64,000 bases of DNA from a bacterium (GTDB lineage: Bacteria > Patescibacteriota > Saccharimonadia > Saccharimonadales > UBA4665): NCBI GenBank assembly GCA_021777375.1, contig JAJYDV010000001.1:11347-75346 (forward strand), given 5' to 3'. Of this stretch, positions 9,282-19,779 are shown one piece after another. Position 1 is the first letter of the stretch, and each line of letters starts with the position of its first letter. The notes beneath the pieces were generated by a model, which made no database searches, had not been told where the DNA came from, and saw only the letters and a list, made by a program, of their open reading frames with translations. Position numbers and translations under genes: made by a program.

Positions 9282-10040
9282 ATGGATGACGTGTTAAGGC
9301 GACTGAAACCAACTAGAGGTTTCTCGTCGCTAGCTCATAATGCGCTGCAGGCAGCTCTGCCGCTGATTATATTTGCTCTAGTTAGGCTAAATCAGGATCA
9401 GTTTACTCAACTGGCTGTAGTTTTAGTAGTATTAAGTAAATGGCGCATGCTTGCTGTACGACCACGTTTCTGGCTAGCCAATATTCGGGCCAACTCGATA
9501 GATCTAATTGTCGGTATCTCCATAGTCATCTTTATGCTTCACAACTCGACTGCATTAATTCAATTTGCTTGGGCGATAGCTTACGGTATTTGGCTTATCT
9601 ATCTTAAACCAGCCAATAACAGTCTGATGATATCGGTACAAGCTTGCATTGGTCAGTTAGCTGGACTAAGCGCTCTTTATTTACTTTGGCCAAATGGTCC
9701 AATATACGGCCTTACTTTATTGACCGGATTAATTTGTTTCTTAGCTGCACGTCATTTCTTCGATTCGTTTGACGAAAGCTATTCAAGACTTGTTAGTTAT
9801 TTATGGGGTTATTTCGGAGCTTCTCTGGCATGGGTGTTAAGCCACTGGCTACTTTACTATAGTGCTTTGTCGCAGCCCGTCATATTGTTGATTACGATTA
9901 GCTATGCTATCGCTGCGCTCTATTACTTAGACCACAACGATAAACTGAGTAAGGCCTTTAAACAGCAATTGATTGCGGTTATGCTAGTAATTATTATAGT
10001 TGTCATCATTTTCTCAGATTGGGGCAGTAAAGTAGTTTAA
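9282..10040 (+). CDS. Polytopic membrane protein of unknown function
   Basis: 252 aa with at least 6 hydrophobic helices. No recognisable catalytic motif. Confidence 0.5.
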   Translation: MDDVLRRLKPTRGFSSLAHNALQAALPLIIFALVRLNQDQFTQLAVVLVVLSKWRMLAVRPRFWLANIRANSIDLIVGISIVIFMLHNSTALIQFAWAIAYGIWLIYLKPANNSLMISVQACIGQLAGLSALYLLWPNGPIYGLTLLTGLICFLAARHFFDSFDESYSRLVSYLWGYFGASLAWVLSHWLLYYSALSQPVILLITISYAIAALYYLDHNDKLSKAFKQQLIAVMLVIIIVVIIFSDWGSKVV

Positions 10041-10076
10041 AAGTTAGTAATCAAGGAAACAATTAGTAAAGTAAAT

Positions 10077-11360
10077 ATGGATCAGCAGCCACTCAACGAC
10101 CACCCGCAAAAGCAGCGTGAAGTTAAAACGATTACCCTAAGGATACCCAATTTTCCTAAAGTGCGTTTCAGACGCTTGATTAGCAAGGCTCAAGCTTGGC
10201 TGATGGTATTCGTCTTAATTGTCGGCATTGCAGGCGGTTTGCTGGGTGGGTGGATTGAGTCGGCAGGTTTCAAGGGGCAGATATTAACGTCAACGACTTC
10301 TGGGACTCAGCTGCTACGAGGAGGCAGTTCCGAATTGATTAGCAGTATTGCTAAAAAACTGAGCCCTGGAGTAGTAAGCATTAGTGCTACAATGACAACT
10401 CAAGCCTCTAATTTTTTTGGTTTTTCTCAACCGATTCAACAACAATCCGAAGGCACGGGCATAATTATCTCTACTAACGGGCTAGTACTTACCAACCGTC
10501 ATGTTGTTCCTGCTGGCACGACATCGGTTAGCATAACTTTATCTAATGGGACTCAACTAAATAATGTTTCTGTAGTAGGACGTACTTCAGCTCAAGATAG
10601 CTTAGATATTGCTATTCTAAAGATTAATAATACCGAAGGCCAGACACTTACGCCATTAGTGCTTGGTAATTCCTCTCAAGTCCAGGTTGGTGATGGCGTG
10701 GTGGCCATTGGAAATGCCCTAGGTCAATTTCAAAACACAGTTACGAGTGGCATTATTTCTGGTTTTGGTCGGAATATTTCAGCAAGTAGTGGCGGCGGAA
10801 GCGGTAATATCTTCGGCTTGCCATCAACTACTAGTTCAACTAGTGAAACTCTAACTGATATGTTCCAGACTGACGCGGCTATAAATGAGGGTAACTCGGG
10901 CGGTCCGTTAGTGAATCTAAATGGTCAAGTGATAGGTATCAACACTGCGATTGCTAGCAATTCTCAAAACATTGGTTTTGCGATACCAATCAACGAAGTT
11001 AAGGGCTTGGTTAAAGCGGTTATTAAGACCGGGAAATTTGAGCGACCATTCCTTGGTGTTAGGTTTACTTTGCTTACTCCCGCTCTGGTAAAACAGTACA
11101 AATTAGACACTAATAATGGTGCCTACATCCCCAAAAATAACGGTTCTACACCTTCTGTCGTACCTGGCAGCGCTGCCGCTAAAGCCGGGCTAAAACCGGG
11201 TGATGTAATTACTAAGGTTGATGGGGAGTCAGTTAATAGTCGAAATGATCTTACGATGCTGGTTGATCAATATCAGCCTGGAACAAAGCTTACACTTACG
11301 GTAGTTAGAGGGACTCAGACATTAACCATTAAAGCTAAGCTAGGGATTATGCCTAAATAG
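10077..11360 (+). CDS. htrA: HtrA/DegP-family serine protease with PDZ domain
   Basis: Catalytic triad contexts TNRHVV, DIAILK and GNSGGPL. N-terminal TM anchor and C-terminal PDZ-like segment. Confidence 0.9.
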   Translation: MDQQPLNDHPQKQREVKTITLRIPNFPKVRFRRLISKAQAWLMVFVLIVGIAGGLLGGWIESAGFKGQILTSTTSGTQLLRGGSSELISSIAKKLSPGVVSISATMTTQASNFFGFSQPIQQQSEGTGIIISTNGLVLTNRHVVPAGTTSVSITLSNGTQLNNVSVVGRTSAQDSLDIAILKINNTEGQTLTPLVLGNSSQVQVGDGVVAIGNALGQFQNTVTSGIISGFGRNISASSGGGSGNIFGLPSTTSSTSETLTDMFQTDAAINEGNSGGPLVNLNGQVIGINTAIASNSQNIGFAIPINEVKGLVKAVIKTGKFERPFLGVRFTLLTPALVKQYKLDTNNGAYIPKNNGSTPSVVPGSAAAKAGLKPGDVITKVDGESVNSRNDLTMLVDQYQPGTKLTLTVVRGTQTLTIKAKLGIMPK

Positions 11361-11370
11361 GGCAAGTCGG

Positions 11371-12207
11371 CTATTGCTTCCTGAACACCTGAACAAAATC
11401 GTTAGATAGATAAAGCTTGTAATTTTGTTTTGCGGCAATTCCGGAGAGAGTTTTATGTTGTGGTGGGAGCGATTCAGTCAGCACCCATTCGGGGGAAAAG
11501 TCTAAATTGCCCAACTGTTTAAACAAATCTCGGTAGAGCGTAAGCCCATCTGGCCCGCCAAAAATTGCCTTTGCCGGTTCGTGTGCCGCTGCTGGATTAA
11601 TTTGCCAGCTGTCGGGGACGTAGGGTAGGTTAGCAATTATTACTTCGTGTTCTGACCAGATTGATTTCGGTATAGGACTAATTAAGTTACCACAATAAAA
11701 GCTTATTTCAACCCCAAGATTTAGTGCGTTATGTTCTGCAACCCTTAAGCATTTAGGGTCAATGTCTACGGCTATTGCATTAAGTTTCGGATGCTCAATC
11801 TTAGCACTGATTACTAGAGCTCCTGATCCGGTGCCAATATCCACCAAAGTTTGAATTCCCGGTTCGTTATTTGTAATTCGATCAAACTCTTCTATTAAAG
11901 CTTCGCTTTCCGGACGAGGTTCTAAAACGTAACGGTTTAACTTAAATTCGTGACCATAAAATTCAGTTTTGCCTCTGATATAAGCTAGCGGTAACTGTTT
12001 TTGACGCAATTTTACTAAACGTAGATATCTTAGTCTTTGAGACTGCGTAATTGGCAAGGTTGGTTCACTCAGCAAGTGAGCGCGGTCGACCTTTGTCACA
12101 TCTTCAAGCAAGACTAAAGCATCTAAATGAGCGGTGGATATGTTATTGCTAGAGAGTTTATGTTCGGCCCAAGCCAGTAACTCACCCGAAGAAGAACCGC
12201 CGGCCAT
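11371..12207 (-). CDS. prmC: Release-factor glutamine N5-methyltransferase PrmC/HemK
   Basis: SAM motif DIGTGSGA. Substrate motif is NLPY rather than the canonical NPPY. Immediately downstream of prfA. Confidence 0.85.
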   Translation of the reverse strand: MAGGSSSGELLAWAEHKLSSNNISTAHLDALVLLEDVTKVDRAHLLSEPTLPITQSQRLRYLRLVKLRQKQLPLAYIRGKTEFYGHEFKLNRYVLEPRPESEALIEEFDRITNNEPGIQTLVDIGTGSGALVISAKIEHPKLNAIAVDIDPKCLRVAEHNALNLGVEISFYCGNLISPIPKSIWSEHEVIIANLPYVPDSWQINPAAAHEPAKAIFGGPDGLTLYRDLFKQLGNLDFSPEWVLTESLPPQHKTLSGIAAKQNYKLYLSNDFVQVFRKQ

Positions 12208-12222
12208 ATATTTACGCTCTTC

Positions 12223-13281
12223 CTAAGATCCTTGGCTAATTAGCTCGTACTCGGCAGCTTTTAGAGCCTCAATTAGATCATCAATATTGCCGTTTAAAGC
12301 TCCGTATATGTTACTACGAGAATAATTGATGCGGTGATCAGTAATCCGATCTTGTGGGAAGTTGTAAGTGCGAATTTTCTCGCTACGATCGCCACTACCT
12401 ATTAGTTTGCGCCGGGATTCAGACAATTGCTTCTGTTCCTCATCGATTTTGTGTTGCAGCAAACGACTTCTTAAAACGCTCATTGCCTTGGCTCGGTTTT
12501 TTATCTGGGATTTCTCGTCTTGATTGGATACGACAAGGCCGGTAGGAAGGTGGGTAATCCGAACCGCCGAATCGGTAGTGTTGACGCTTTGACCACCATG
12601 CCCTCCGCTGCGGTAAACGTCAATTCTTAAGTCAGATGGGTTCATTTCTATATCAGTCTCTTCGGCTTCAGGCAATACCGCTACGGTAGCTGTGGAAGTG
12701 TGTATACGTCCTTGGCTTTCGGTTACGGGAACGCGTTGAACTCGGTGTACTCCAGCCTCATATTTTAGATTTCGGTAGGCTTCATGACCATGAACGGCAA
12801 AAATAATTTCTTTAAAGCCGCCAGCATCACTTGGGCTTTCATTAATTAGCTCAACTGTATAGTTGTGCATTTCAGCCCAGCGGCTATACATCCGAAATAA
12901 ATCACCTGCAAAAAGCGACGATTCGTCACCACCGGCAGCTCCACGGATTTCGATAATTACGTCTTTTTCGTCGTTCGGATTCTTCGGTAATGTAACGTCG
13001 GCAATGCGTGCCTCAACTGTCTCAATTTTTGAAGACAATTCAGCTATTTCTTCGCTTGCCATAGACTGCAGCTCTTTATCCGGACTACTTAATAGTTCAG
13101 TTGCTTGTGTGATTGACTTTTTAAGTAGTGAATACTGCTCAAAAAGACCTATGACCTCTGTCAACCATTTCAGTCTTTTGGCTAAAGCCGGGTAAGAGCT
13201 ATCGTTAAAAATAGCTGGATTCGCTAATTTAAGCTCCAAGTCACGCAGCTCTTGTTTAAATGTTTCCTCTCGCTGATCCAT
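12223..13281 (-). CDS. prfA: Peptide chain release factor 1
   Basis: GGQ context [26 protein letters not shown]1-type tripeptide PVT (PxT). Confidence 0.95.
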   Translation of the reverse strand: MDQREETFKQELRDLELKLANPAIFNDSSYPALAKRLKWLTEVIGLFEQYSLLKKSITQATELLSSPDKELQSMASEEIAELSSKIETVEARIADVTLPKNPNDEKDVIIEIRGAAGGDESSLFAGDLFRMYSRWAEMHNYTVELINESPSDAGGFKEIIFAVHGHEAYRNLKYEAGVHRVQRVPVTESQGRIHTSTATVAVLPEAEETDIEMNPSDLRIDVYRSGGHGGQSVNTTDSAVRITHLPTGLVVSNQDEKSQIKNRAKAMSVLRSRLLQHKIDEEQKQLSESRRKLIGSGDRSEKIRTYNFPQDRITDHRINYSRSNIYGALNGNIDDLIEALKAAEYELISQGS

Positions 13282-13356
13282 ATAAGTTTTAGTTTACTCT
13301 GATTGAGCATATGCGGACTTATTATCCTGGAATAAGCTCAACTATGAGCAGCTTAG

Positions 13357-13701
13357 TTAGGCCTGAGCGGTTTCAGACTCGATTTTATTGGCCTTACGGC
13401 GAGCCTGCTTCTTAGCAGCATTGGTGCGTTTCTCGCGGGCTTCGTTGGCGGCAGCCGTACGAGCTCTGAATTTATCTACTCGACCTTCAATGTCCAGAAT
13501 CTTTTCCTCGCCGGTAAAGAATGGGTGAGAGGCTGAACTAACATGGACCTTTATTAAAGGATATTCATTCCCATCATCCCATTTAATTGTTTCTTCACTA
13601 CTAGCAGTAGACTTGGTCAGTAAACGCCAGCCGTTATTTAAATCCTCAAAAACTACGTAACGGTAGTTGTCTGGATGCAAATCTTTCTTCATAACAGGCA
13701 T
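13357..13701 (-). CDS. rpmE: 50S ribosomal protein L31, type B (no Cys), with long basic C-terminal tail
   Basis: [16 protein letters not shown] is the L31 signature, and no CxxC is present. 114 aa because of a Lys/Arg/Ala-rich tail. The start may be ATG at 13692. Confidence 0.85.
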   Translation of the reverse strand: MPVMKKDLHPDNYRYVVFEDLNNGWRLLTKSTASSEETIKWDDGNEYPLIKVHVSSASHPFFTGEEKILDIEGRVDKFRARTAAANEAREKRTNAAKKQARRKANKIESETAQA

Positions 13702-13779
13702 TTAATATATCTTTTTATGGCCAGATAAGCAAGACTCAAGTTGAAATAAGTAGACACCTAGTGTTTTTAGGCGCATTAG

Positions 13780-13808
13780 TTGATAGATGTGCTGCGCCTT
13801 GGTATAAT
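13780..13808 (+). promoter_or_regulatory. Sigma-70-type promoter for rpsB-tsf-frr
   Basis: TTGATA (13780-13785), 17-nt spacer, TATAAT (13803-13808) with an upstream TGG. About 130-nt leader to the rpsB ATG. Confidence 0.6.
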
Positions 13809-13940
13809 TTAATTTAGATTTAATTAAGCAGGCTAGGAGTAGGTGCGTTCCTCTCTTTACATAAGGATCTTAAGCCTTAAAAAGAGCGCCACCCAGCCAA
13901 AGTTAAATAACCAAGGAGCGCAAGAAAGGTATATCTGTTA

Positions 13941-14669
13941 ATGTCTAACGAAGCTAATATGAAAGATTTGCTAGAGGCTGGTGCGCACTTTGGCCACAAG
14001 ACTAGTCGCTGGCACCCCAAAATGGCTCAATATATCCACTCTAAGAGAGGCGGGATTCACATTATCGACCTTTCTAAAAGCGTAGAAGGAATAAATGCCG
14101 CTACGCGCTTTTTAAGCGACACAGCTGCTTCAGGAAAACAAATTCTGCTAGTCGGTACTAAGCGTCAGGCCCAGTCAATCATTAAAGAAGCTGCAACGGC
14201 TACAAACCAGCCCTATGTTACCGAGCGTTGGCTTGGCGGAATGCTAACTAACTGGAATACAATCGGTGGTCGTATCAAGCACCTAAAGGACTTAGAATCG
14301 CGCATGGCATCAGGCGAATTGGCCAACCGCTACAGTAAGCTGGAAGTCCAGCGTTTCCAAGAGGAGATTGACGAACTGAATCATATTTACGGAGGAATTA
14401 AAGATCTTAACGGAAAGCCAGGAGCCGTTTACATCGTCGACGTAATTACTGAATCCAATGCGGTACGTGAAGCTAATCGGATTGGTATTCCAATTGTTGC
14501 TATTGTAGATTCCAACTCTGACCCAACGCTCATCAACTACCCAATTCCGGCCAATGACGATGCGATTAAAGCTCTTCAGCTGATTACTAACTACGTGCGC
14601 TCGGCAATTGAAGAAGGTAAGGCCAAACAAGCCAAAACGTCTTCTGCGGTAGAGAAGAAAGTAGGATAG
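13941..14669 (+). CDS. rpsB: 30S ribosomal protein S2
   Basis: [16 protein letters not shown] and the rest of the protein are typical S2. 242 aa. Confidence 0.95.
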   Translation: MSNEANMKDLLEAGAHFGHKTSRWHPKMAQYIHSKRGGIHIIDLSKSVEGINAATRFLSDTAASGKQILLVGTKRQAQSIIKEAATATNQPYVTERWLGGMLTNWNTIGGRIKHLKDLESRMASGELANRYSKLEVQRFQEEIDELNHIYGGIKDLNGKPGAVYIVDVITESNAVREANRIGIPIVAIVDSNSDPTLINYPIPANDDAIKALQLITNYVRSAIEEGKAKQAKTSSAVEKKVG

Positions 14670-14673
14670 CATC

Positions 14674-15270
14674 ATGGCCGTAGACATCGCTCAAGTTAAA
14701 CGTCTAAAAGATTTGACTGGCGTTGGTCTTAGTGACGCCAAGGCGGCTCTCGAGGCTAGCGGCGGTGATTTTGACGCTGCCCTTAAGGAAATGAGAACCA
14801 AAGGACTAACAAAGGCCGAAAAGCGCAGTGAACGCACCGCGACGGCTGGGATTATCGGATCATATAATCACGATAATCGCATTGGGGTAATCATTGAGGT
14901 TAATTGCGAAACCGATTTTGTTGCTCGTAATGAATTGTTTACTAACATGGTCAAGGACCTGGCAATGCATATCGCTGCTTCTAACCCGCAGTATCTTAGT
15001 CGGGAGCTAGTGCCCAAAGAAGAAGTTGAGCAGATTAAGGCGGAGCTAGTAGAGCGCGCCGAGAATGATGCTAAGCCCAAAGCGATGATTGCTAAAATAG
15101 TTGACGGTCAGCTAGATAAATATTTTGCTGAACACTGTTTACTTTTGCAGCCGTTTGTTAAAAATCCGGATATTACCGTTGGCGAGTATGTAAAAGAGCA
15201 TAATGCTCGTCTAGGTGAGAATATTATAGTGCGTCGTTTTTGTCGTCTTGCATTAGGAGATGCTAATTAA
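14674..15270 (+). CDS. tsf: Elongation factor Ts (short form)
   Basis: The UBA-like N-terminus VKRLKDLTGVGLSDAKAALE is the EF-Ts signature. Follows rpsB. Confidence 0.92.
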   Translation: MAVDIAQVKRLKDLTGVGLSDAKAALEASGGDFDAALKEMRTKGLTKAEKRSERTATAGIIGSYNHDNRIGVIIEVNCETDFVARNELFTNMVKDLAMHIAASNPQYLSRELVPKEEVEQIKAELVERAENDAKPKAMIAKIVDGQLDKYFAEHCLLLQPFVKNPDITVGEYVKEHNARLGENIIVRRFCRLALGDAN

Positions 15271-15288
15271 GCAGGGAGTAAACATAAA

Positions 15289-15852
15289 GTGGAAACCTCA
15301 AATATTATTGCCAAAGCAGAAGCGGCATTTAAAACTGCACAGGAGCATTTAACTAATGAACTGACTCGTCTGCGCACAGGTCGGGCGCACCCGGGGATGT
15401 TGGATGGGGTGATGGTTGAGGCTTACGGTACCCAAATGCCTTTAAATCAGGCTGCCGGCATAACCGTACCTGAAGCGCAGCTACTTCAGATTACTCCTTT
15501 TGATCCGAGCAACCTGCAGGCAATTGTTAATGCTATCAGGAATAATCAGAATCTGGGTCTAAACCCGAGCGATGACGGAAGGGTAGTGAGAGTTCAGATT
15601 CCGCCTTTGACGGAAGAGCGTCGTCATGAGCTAACGAAGCAAATTGGCGAAAAAGTCGAAGAAGCATTGGTTCGAATGCGCACTTCCCGTCACGAGATTT
15701 TTAGACAGCTGGAAGACGCTAAAAAGGATAAACAGATTAGTGAAGACGATCTCCGCCGGACCGAAAAATTGATCGATGAACGCATGAACAATATCCGATC
15801 TCAAATAGACTCGGCTGCTAAAACCAAAGAGGCTGAACTATTATCAATTTGA
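15289..15852 (+). CDS. frr: Ribosome recycling factor
   Basis: GTG start, 187 aa. LTRLRTGRAHPGMLD..V.AYG is the typical RRF signature. Confidence 0.93.
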   Translation: METSNIIAKAEAAFKTAQEHLTNELTRLRTGRAHPGMLDGVMVEAYGTQMPLNQAAGITVPEAQLLQITPFDPSNLQAIVNAIRNNQNLGLNPSDDGRVVRVQIPPLTEERRHELTKQIGEKVEEALVRMRTSRHEIFRQLEDAKKDKQISEDDLRRTEKLIDERMNNIRSQIDSAAKTKEAELLSI

Positions 15853-15905
15853 AGCATATGGACATCTCTTTTTTACAGCTAACTAAGATATAATCAAAGA
15901 TACAT

Positions 15906-17078
15906 ATGTCGATCCTCATTCTTATAGTTGGGGTACTACTGTTTATTGCCCTAGTAATCATCCATGAATTTGGTCACTTTTGGGTGGCAAAGCGAAATGG
16001 TGTTGAGCCGGAAGAATTTGGAGTTTTTTTCCCGCCAGCTTTATTTAAGCGGAAGACAAAGAAGGGCTGGGTTTTTTCAATTAACCTGCTTCCATTGGGC
16101 GGATTCGTCAAGCTTAGAGGCGAACATGACAGCGATACACAGCCGGGTAGCTTTGGGGCTGCATCACTTCTTGCAAAGTCAAAGATTATGGCCGCTGGCG
16201 TTTTCTTTAATCTGGTTACAGCCGTTATTTTATTAATAATTTTAGCCTGGATTGGTCTACCACAACTGGTCAGCAACCAATTTAACGTATCAGGCAGTGC
16301 CAGCCATATATCCCGTCAGGAAGTATTAGTAACTTCTGTCCAATCTCACAGTCCTGCAGCCAGTATCGGTATTGCTAGCGAGGACCAAATCGTTGCAATC
16401 GGTCATCCGGGAGCGCTAAAGCCGGTAAGTACCATAACTGATCTTCAACAGTTGACTCACGAATACGCTGGCCAGCAGGTTAATGTTGAATTTAAGACGA
16501 ATGGGGAGGAGCACATTAAATCCGTGAACCTTCTATCATCCGCTGAGGTTGGTGCCAGCCTGAAGACCAATAATCCAAAAGGATATTTCGGAGTGACTCT
16601 TGCATCACTTACGATGCGACAGTACAGCTGGTGGGCCGGACCAGTTGAAGCCGTCGGTCTGACGCTTCAAGTTATTAAACTAACATTTACCGGTTTGGGG
16701 CATGCACTTGTCGGGCTTGGGCATATTATCGCCGGACTAGTTACCGGCAATACAACTGCTAGGCAGCATGGCCAAGCGATTGCCTCATCTCAAGTTGCCG
16801 GTCCGATTGGAATTTTTGTAATCCTTAAAGACGGAAGTCTGCTGGGCTACCAGTATATGCTGTTTATTATTGCGATTATTTCGCTAACCTTAGCGATTAT
16901 GAATATTCTACCGCTGCCGGCACTTGACGGTGGGCGACTTTGGCTAACCCTTATCTTTAGGAGTCTTGGTAAGAAGCTTTCGGCTTCACTCGAGGAAACC
17001 ATAAATGCGATTGGCATGTTTATACTGATAACCCTAATCATACTTATCTCTCTAGTGGACATCCATCGTTTCTTTTAG
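15906..17078 (+). CDS. rseP: RseP-type M50 site-2 intramembrane metalloprotease
   Basis: HEFGHF zinc motif in TM1, a central PDZ-like region, and C-terminal LPLPALDGG. Confidence 0.9.
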   Translation: MSILILIVGVLLFIALVIIHEFGHFWVAKRNGVEPEEFGVFFPPALFKRKTKKGWVFSINLLPLGGFVKLRGEHDSDTQPGSFGAASLLAKSKIMAAGVFFNLVTAVILLIILAWIGLPQLVSNQFNVSGSASHISRQEVLVTSVQSHSPAASIGIASEDQIVAIGHPGALKPVSTITDLQQLTHEYAGQQVNVEFKTNGEEHIKSVNLLSSAEVGASLKTNNPKGYFGVTLASLTMRQYSWWAGPVEAVGLTLQVIKLTFTGLGHALVGLGHIIAGLVTGNTTARQHGQAIASSQVAGPIGIFVILKDGSLLGYQYMLFIIAIISLTLAIMNILPLPALDGGRLWLTLIFRSLGKKLSASLEETINAIGMFILITLIILISLVDIHRFF

Positions 17079-17081
17079 GCC

Positions 17082-17879
17082 ATGAATATAGATCAAAAAA
17101 GATCAATTTGGCATTCTGGTTCCCGTCCTTGGGAGAAGATTCCCAGATGGCTCTTACCGTTAGTCATTATTTTGCTTGTTGCGACAGTTTTCTTCATTGG
17201 GCAGTACGCGGCCAGTCTAATACTTTCGTTTTATGCGGTATTTAGAGGTTGGAATACAGCTCAAGCCAATAATTGGTTGAATAGTTCGGTTATTGCGCAG
17301 TTTCTTTTTGTCATTCTCTTTGAGGGCTTTAATGTACTTCTGCTTTGGCTAATATTGCGCCGTTATGGCAAGAAACTATCCTCGCTCGGACTTAAAAAGC
17401 TTCGTCTTCGTGACGGAGGATATGGATTAGTGGCCTACCCGGCTTATTTAATTATTTATCTTATCGTTATTGGGTTAGTAACTCACTTTGTCCATGGACT
17501 AAACCTTAATCAATCGCAGAATATCGGTTTTAATTCGGTTCATGGCACTACTCAAATGGTACTGACCTTCATTAGTCTGGTTATTTTGCCACCTATTGCA
17601 GAAGAGCTGCTCTTTAGAGGATTGTTGTTTGAGGGGCTAAAGAAATCGATGCCGGTAGTTTATGCCGGACTAATAACCAGTTTAATATTTGCCGCTGCAC
17701 ACTTACAGGAAGGCGGCGGTGGCAGCTTGTTCTGGGTGGGCTCTATAGACGTGTTTATTTTAAGTTTAGTGCTGGTTTTCTTAAAGCAAAAAACCAAAAG
17801 TCTTTGGCCCGGAATATTTCTACATGCTATTAAGAATGCGGTAGCTTTCATCTACCTGTTTGTGTTAACCAGCCGTTAG
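17082..17879 (+). CDS. CPBP (CAAX-protease-like) intramembrane metalloprotease family protein
   Basis: EELLFRG motif, followed by FAAAH and HAIKN motifs in TM helices. Confidence 0.8.
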   Translation: MNIDQKRSIWHSGSRPWEKIPRWLLPLVIILLVATVFFIGQYAASLILSFYAVFRGWNTAQANNWLNSSVIAQFLFVILFEGFNVLLLWLILRRYGKKLSSLGLKKLRLRDGGYGLVAYPAYLIIYLIVIGLVTHFVHGLNLNQSQNIGFNSVHGTTQMVLTFISLVILPPIAEELLFRGLLFEGLKKSMPVVYAGLITSLIFAAAHLQEGGGGSLFWVGSIDVFILSLVLVFLKQKTKSLWPGIFLHAIKNAVAFIYLFVLTSR

Positions 17880-17928
17880 GGTAAACTAAGTAAATCTACG
17901 AGAGAAATAGGAGTAGGGGTAAAAAAGG

Positions 17929-19197
17929 ATGCGTTTAAGTCAGAACATTACCAAAACACTAAAGGACGCTCCAGCTGATGAGCAGGCAACTAACGCTAAG
18001 TTGTTAATCAGGGGTGGCTTTATTCATAAGGAGATGGCAGGGGCCTACTCATACTTGCCACTTGGTTTGCAAGTCATCGAGAACATTAAGACAGTTGTGC
18101 GTGAGGAAATGAACGCTCTGGGAGCTTCAGAATTATTAATGACTTCTCTTCAGGCCAAAGACAGCTGGGTGATTAGCGGTCGATGGAGTGATGAGCTGGT
18201 AGATATTTGGTTTAAAAGTCAGCTTAAAAATGGCACAGAAGTAGGTTTTGGCTGGAGTCACGAAGAGCCGATAATGATGATGGCCAAATCACTAGTAAAA
18301 AGTTACCGTGATTTGCCGATCAGTGTTTATCAATTCCAGACTAAGTTTAGAAATGAACTTCGGGCTAAAAGCGGCATAATGCGCGGACGCGAATTTATTA
18401 TGAAAGATATGTATGCTTTCTCGCGGAGCGCTGATGAGCTGAATGAGTTTTATGAGCGAACCAAAGAAGCATACCTGAAAGTTTATAAACGAATTGGACT
18501 GGGAGATAACACCTTTGTAACGTTTGCATCTGGCGGGTCGTTCACTCAATTCAGTCACGAATTTCAAACTGTCACGGATAGTGGGGAAGATACTATTTAT
18601 TTGGATCGTAGCAAACGGCTGGCGGTTAACGAAGAAGTGTATAACGACGAAATATTAGCTCAGCTTGGAATGAAAAAGGACCATTTAGAAAAGGTTAAAG
18701 CTGCGGAAGTCGGAAATATTTTTAATTTCGGCTCTATAAAGGGTGAACAGATGGACGTTTATTTTAACGATCAATCTGGTCAAAGACAACCTGTTTATCT
18801 AAGCTCTTACGGCATAGGAGTTAGCAGGTTGATGGGCGTAATTGCCGAACATTTCAATGATCAGCGCGGACTAATTTGGCCGACTAATATTGCCCCGGCC
18901 ATGGTTTATTTATTAGCTATAGGTAACTCTAAAACCATAGAGGCTGCAGATAAGCTATATAATATATTGACAGCACGGGGTGTTGCGGTAATATATGATG
19001 ACCGAGATGTTCGTCCCGGCGAAAAGTTCTCTGACGCAGACCTGATGGGAATACCTTGGCGTGTTGTTGTTAGTGAACAATTCATCAAAAATGGACTCTA
19101 CGAAGTTAAATCGAGATCGAATAATACACCGCAACAGTTAAGAGCAGACGCCCTGATTAAGCTAGTTAAAAGCGGAAATTTAAAAAGAGCAAGCTGA
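17929..19197 (+). CDS. proS: Prolyl-tRNA synthetase (short form without INS editing domain)
   Basis: Class II motif 2 FRNELRAKSGIMRGREFIMKD. 422 aa. Confidence 0.9.
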   Translation: MRLSQNITKTLKDAPADEQATNAKLLIRGGFIHKEMAGAYSYLPLGLQVIENIKTVVREEMNALGASELLMTSLQAKDSWVISGRWSDELVDIWFKSQLKNGTEVGFGWSHEEPIMMMAKSLVKSYRDLPISVYQFQTKFRNELRAKSGIMRGREFIMKDMYAFSRSADELNEFYERTKEAYLKVYKRIGLGDNTFVTFASGGSFTQFSHEFQTVTDSGEDTIYLDRSKRLAVNEEVYNDEILAQLGMKKDHLEKVKAAEVGNIFNFGSIKGEQMDVYFNDQSGQRQPVYLSSYGIGVSRLMGVIAEHFNDQRGLIWPTNIAPAMVYLLAIGNSKTIEAADKLYNILTARGVAVIYDDRDVRPGEKFSDADLMGIPWRVVVSEQFIKNGLYEVKSRSNNTPQQLRADALIKLVKSGNLKRAS

Positions 19198-19227
19198 ATA
19201 ATAAGGAAACCGGAAAGGACTAAGTCT

Positions 19228-19695
19228 ATGGTCGTAAAGAAGACATTTCGCTTAACCAAAGAAGGCATCGACGAATTACAACAAGAGCTTGAAGGATTGA
19301 CTGCCGAACGAGCCGAAATCGCCGAAAGTATTCGTACGGCCCGTGAATTTGGTGATCTTGCCGAAAACAGTGAATATCAATCGGCTCGAGCTGCACAGGA
19401 GCGTAATGAATCGCGGATATCTGAAATTGAACATATCTTGCAAAACGTGGAATTGATTAAAGCGCCTCATAGTAGTGCTAAAGTCCAGCTCGGATCAAAG
19501 GTTAGCCTAAAAAGCGATGATGGGGCCACTAAAGAATTTCAGATAGTCGGTACCGTTGAAGCTGATCCTCTTAACGGCAAAATCAGTGATGAATCGCCAA
19601 TCGGGAAGGCTTTAATCGGCAAGCAAGAGAAAGATGAAGTTGAGATCCAGACACCCCTTGAAAGCATTGTCTATAAAATCGTTGAAATTTCATAA
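19228..19695 (+). CDS. greA: Transcription elongation factor GreA
   Basis: Coiled-coil N-terminus with the GDLAENSEYQSAR signature. 155 aa. Confidence 0.92.
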   Translation: MVVKKTFRLTKEGIDELQQELEGLTAERAEIAESIRTAREFGDLAENSEYQSARAAQERNESRISEIEHILQNVELIKAPHSSAKVQLGSKVSLKSDDGATKEFQIVGTVEADPLNGKISDESPIGKALIGKQEKDEVEIQTPLESIVYKIVEIS

Positions 19696-19779
19696 AACAA
19701 AGTCAGTATAGTTAAGCCTAAAAAAGTTATTGTATATACTATAGTTTAGGCTAACTAATTAATAGATAGAAATGGCATC

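Noticed and set aside
14310-14687. Antisense or alternate-frame ORFs inside well-supported genes. Examples: 483-671, 6034-6342, 12863-13195, 14310-14687, 34597-34974, 50124-50453, 54947-55216, 59793-60011 and 60144-60715.
   Set aside because: Each lies wholly within, or opposite to, a gene with clear family motifs. They have skewed low-complexity composition and lack SD sequences, so they are likely shadow ORFs.
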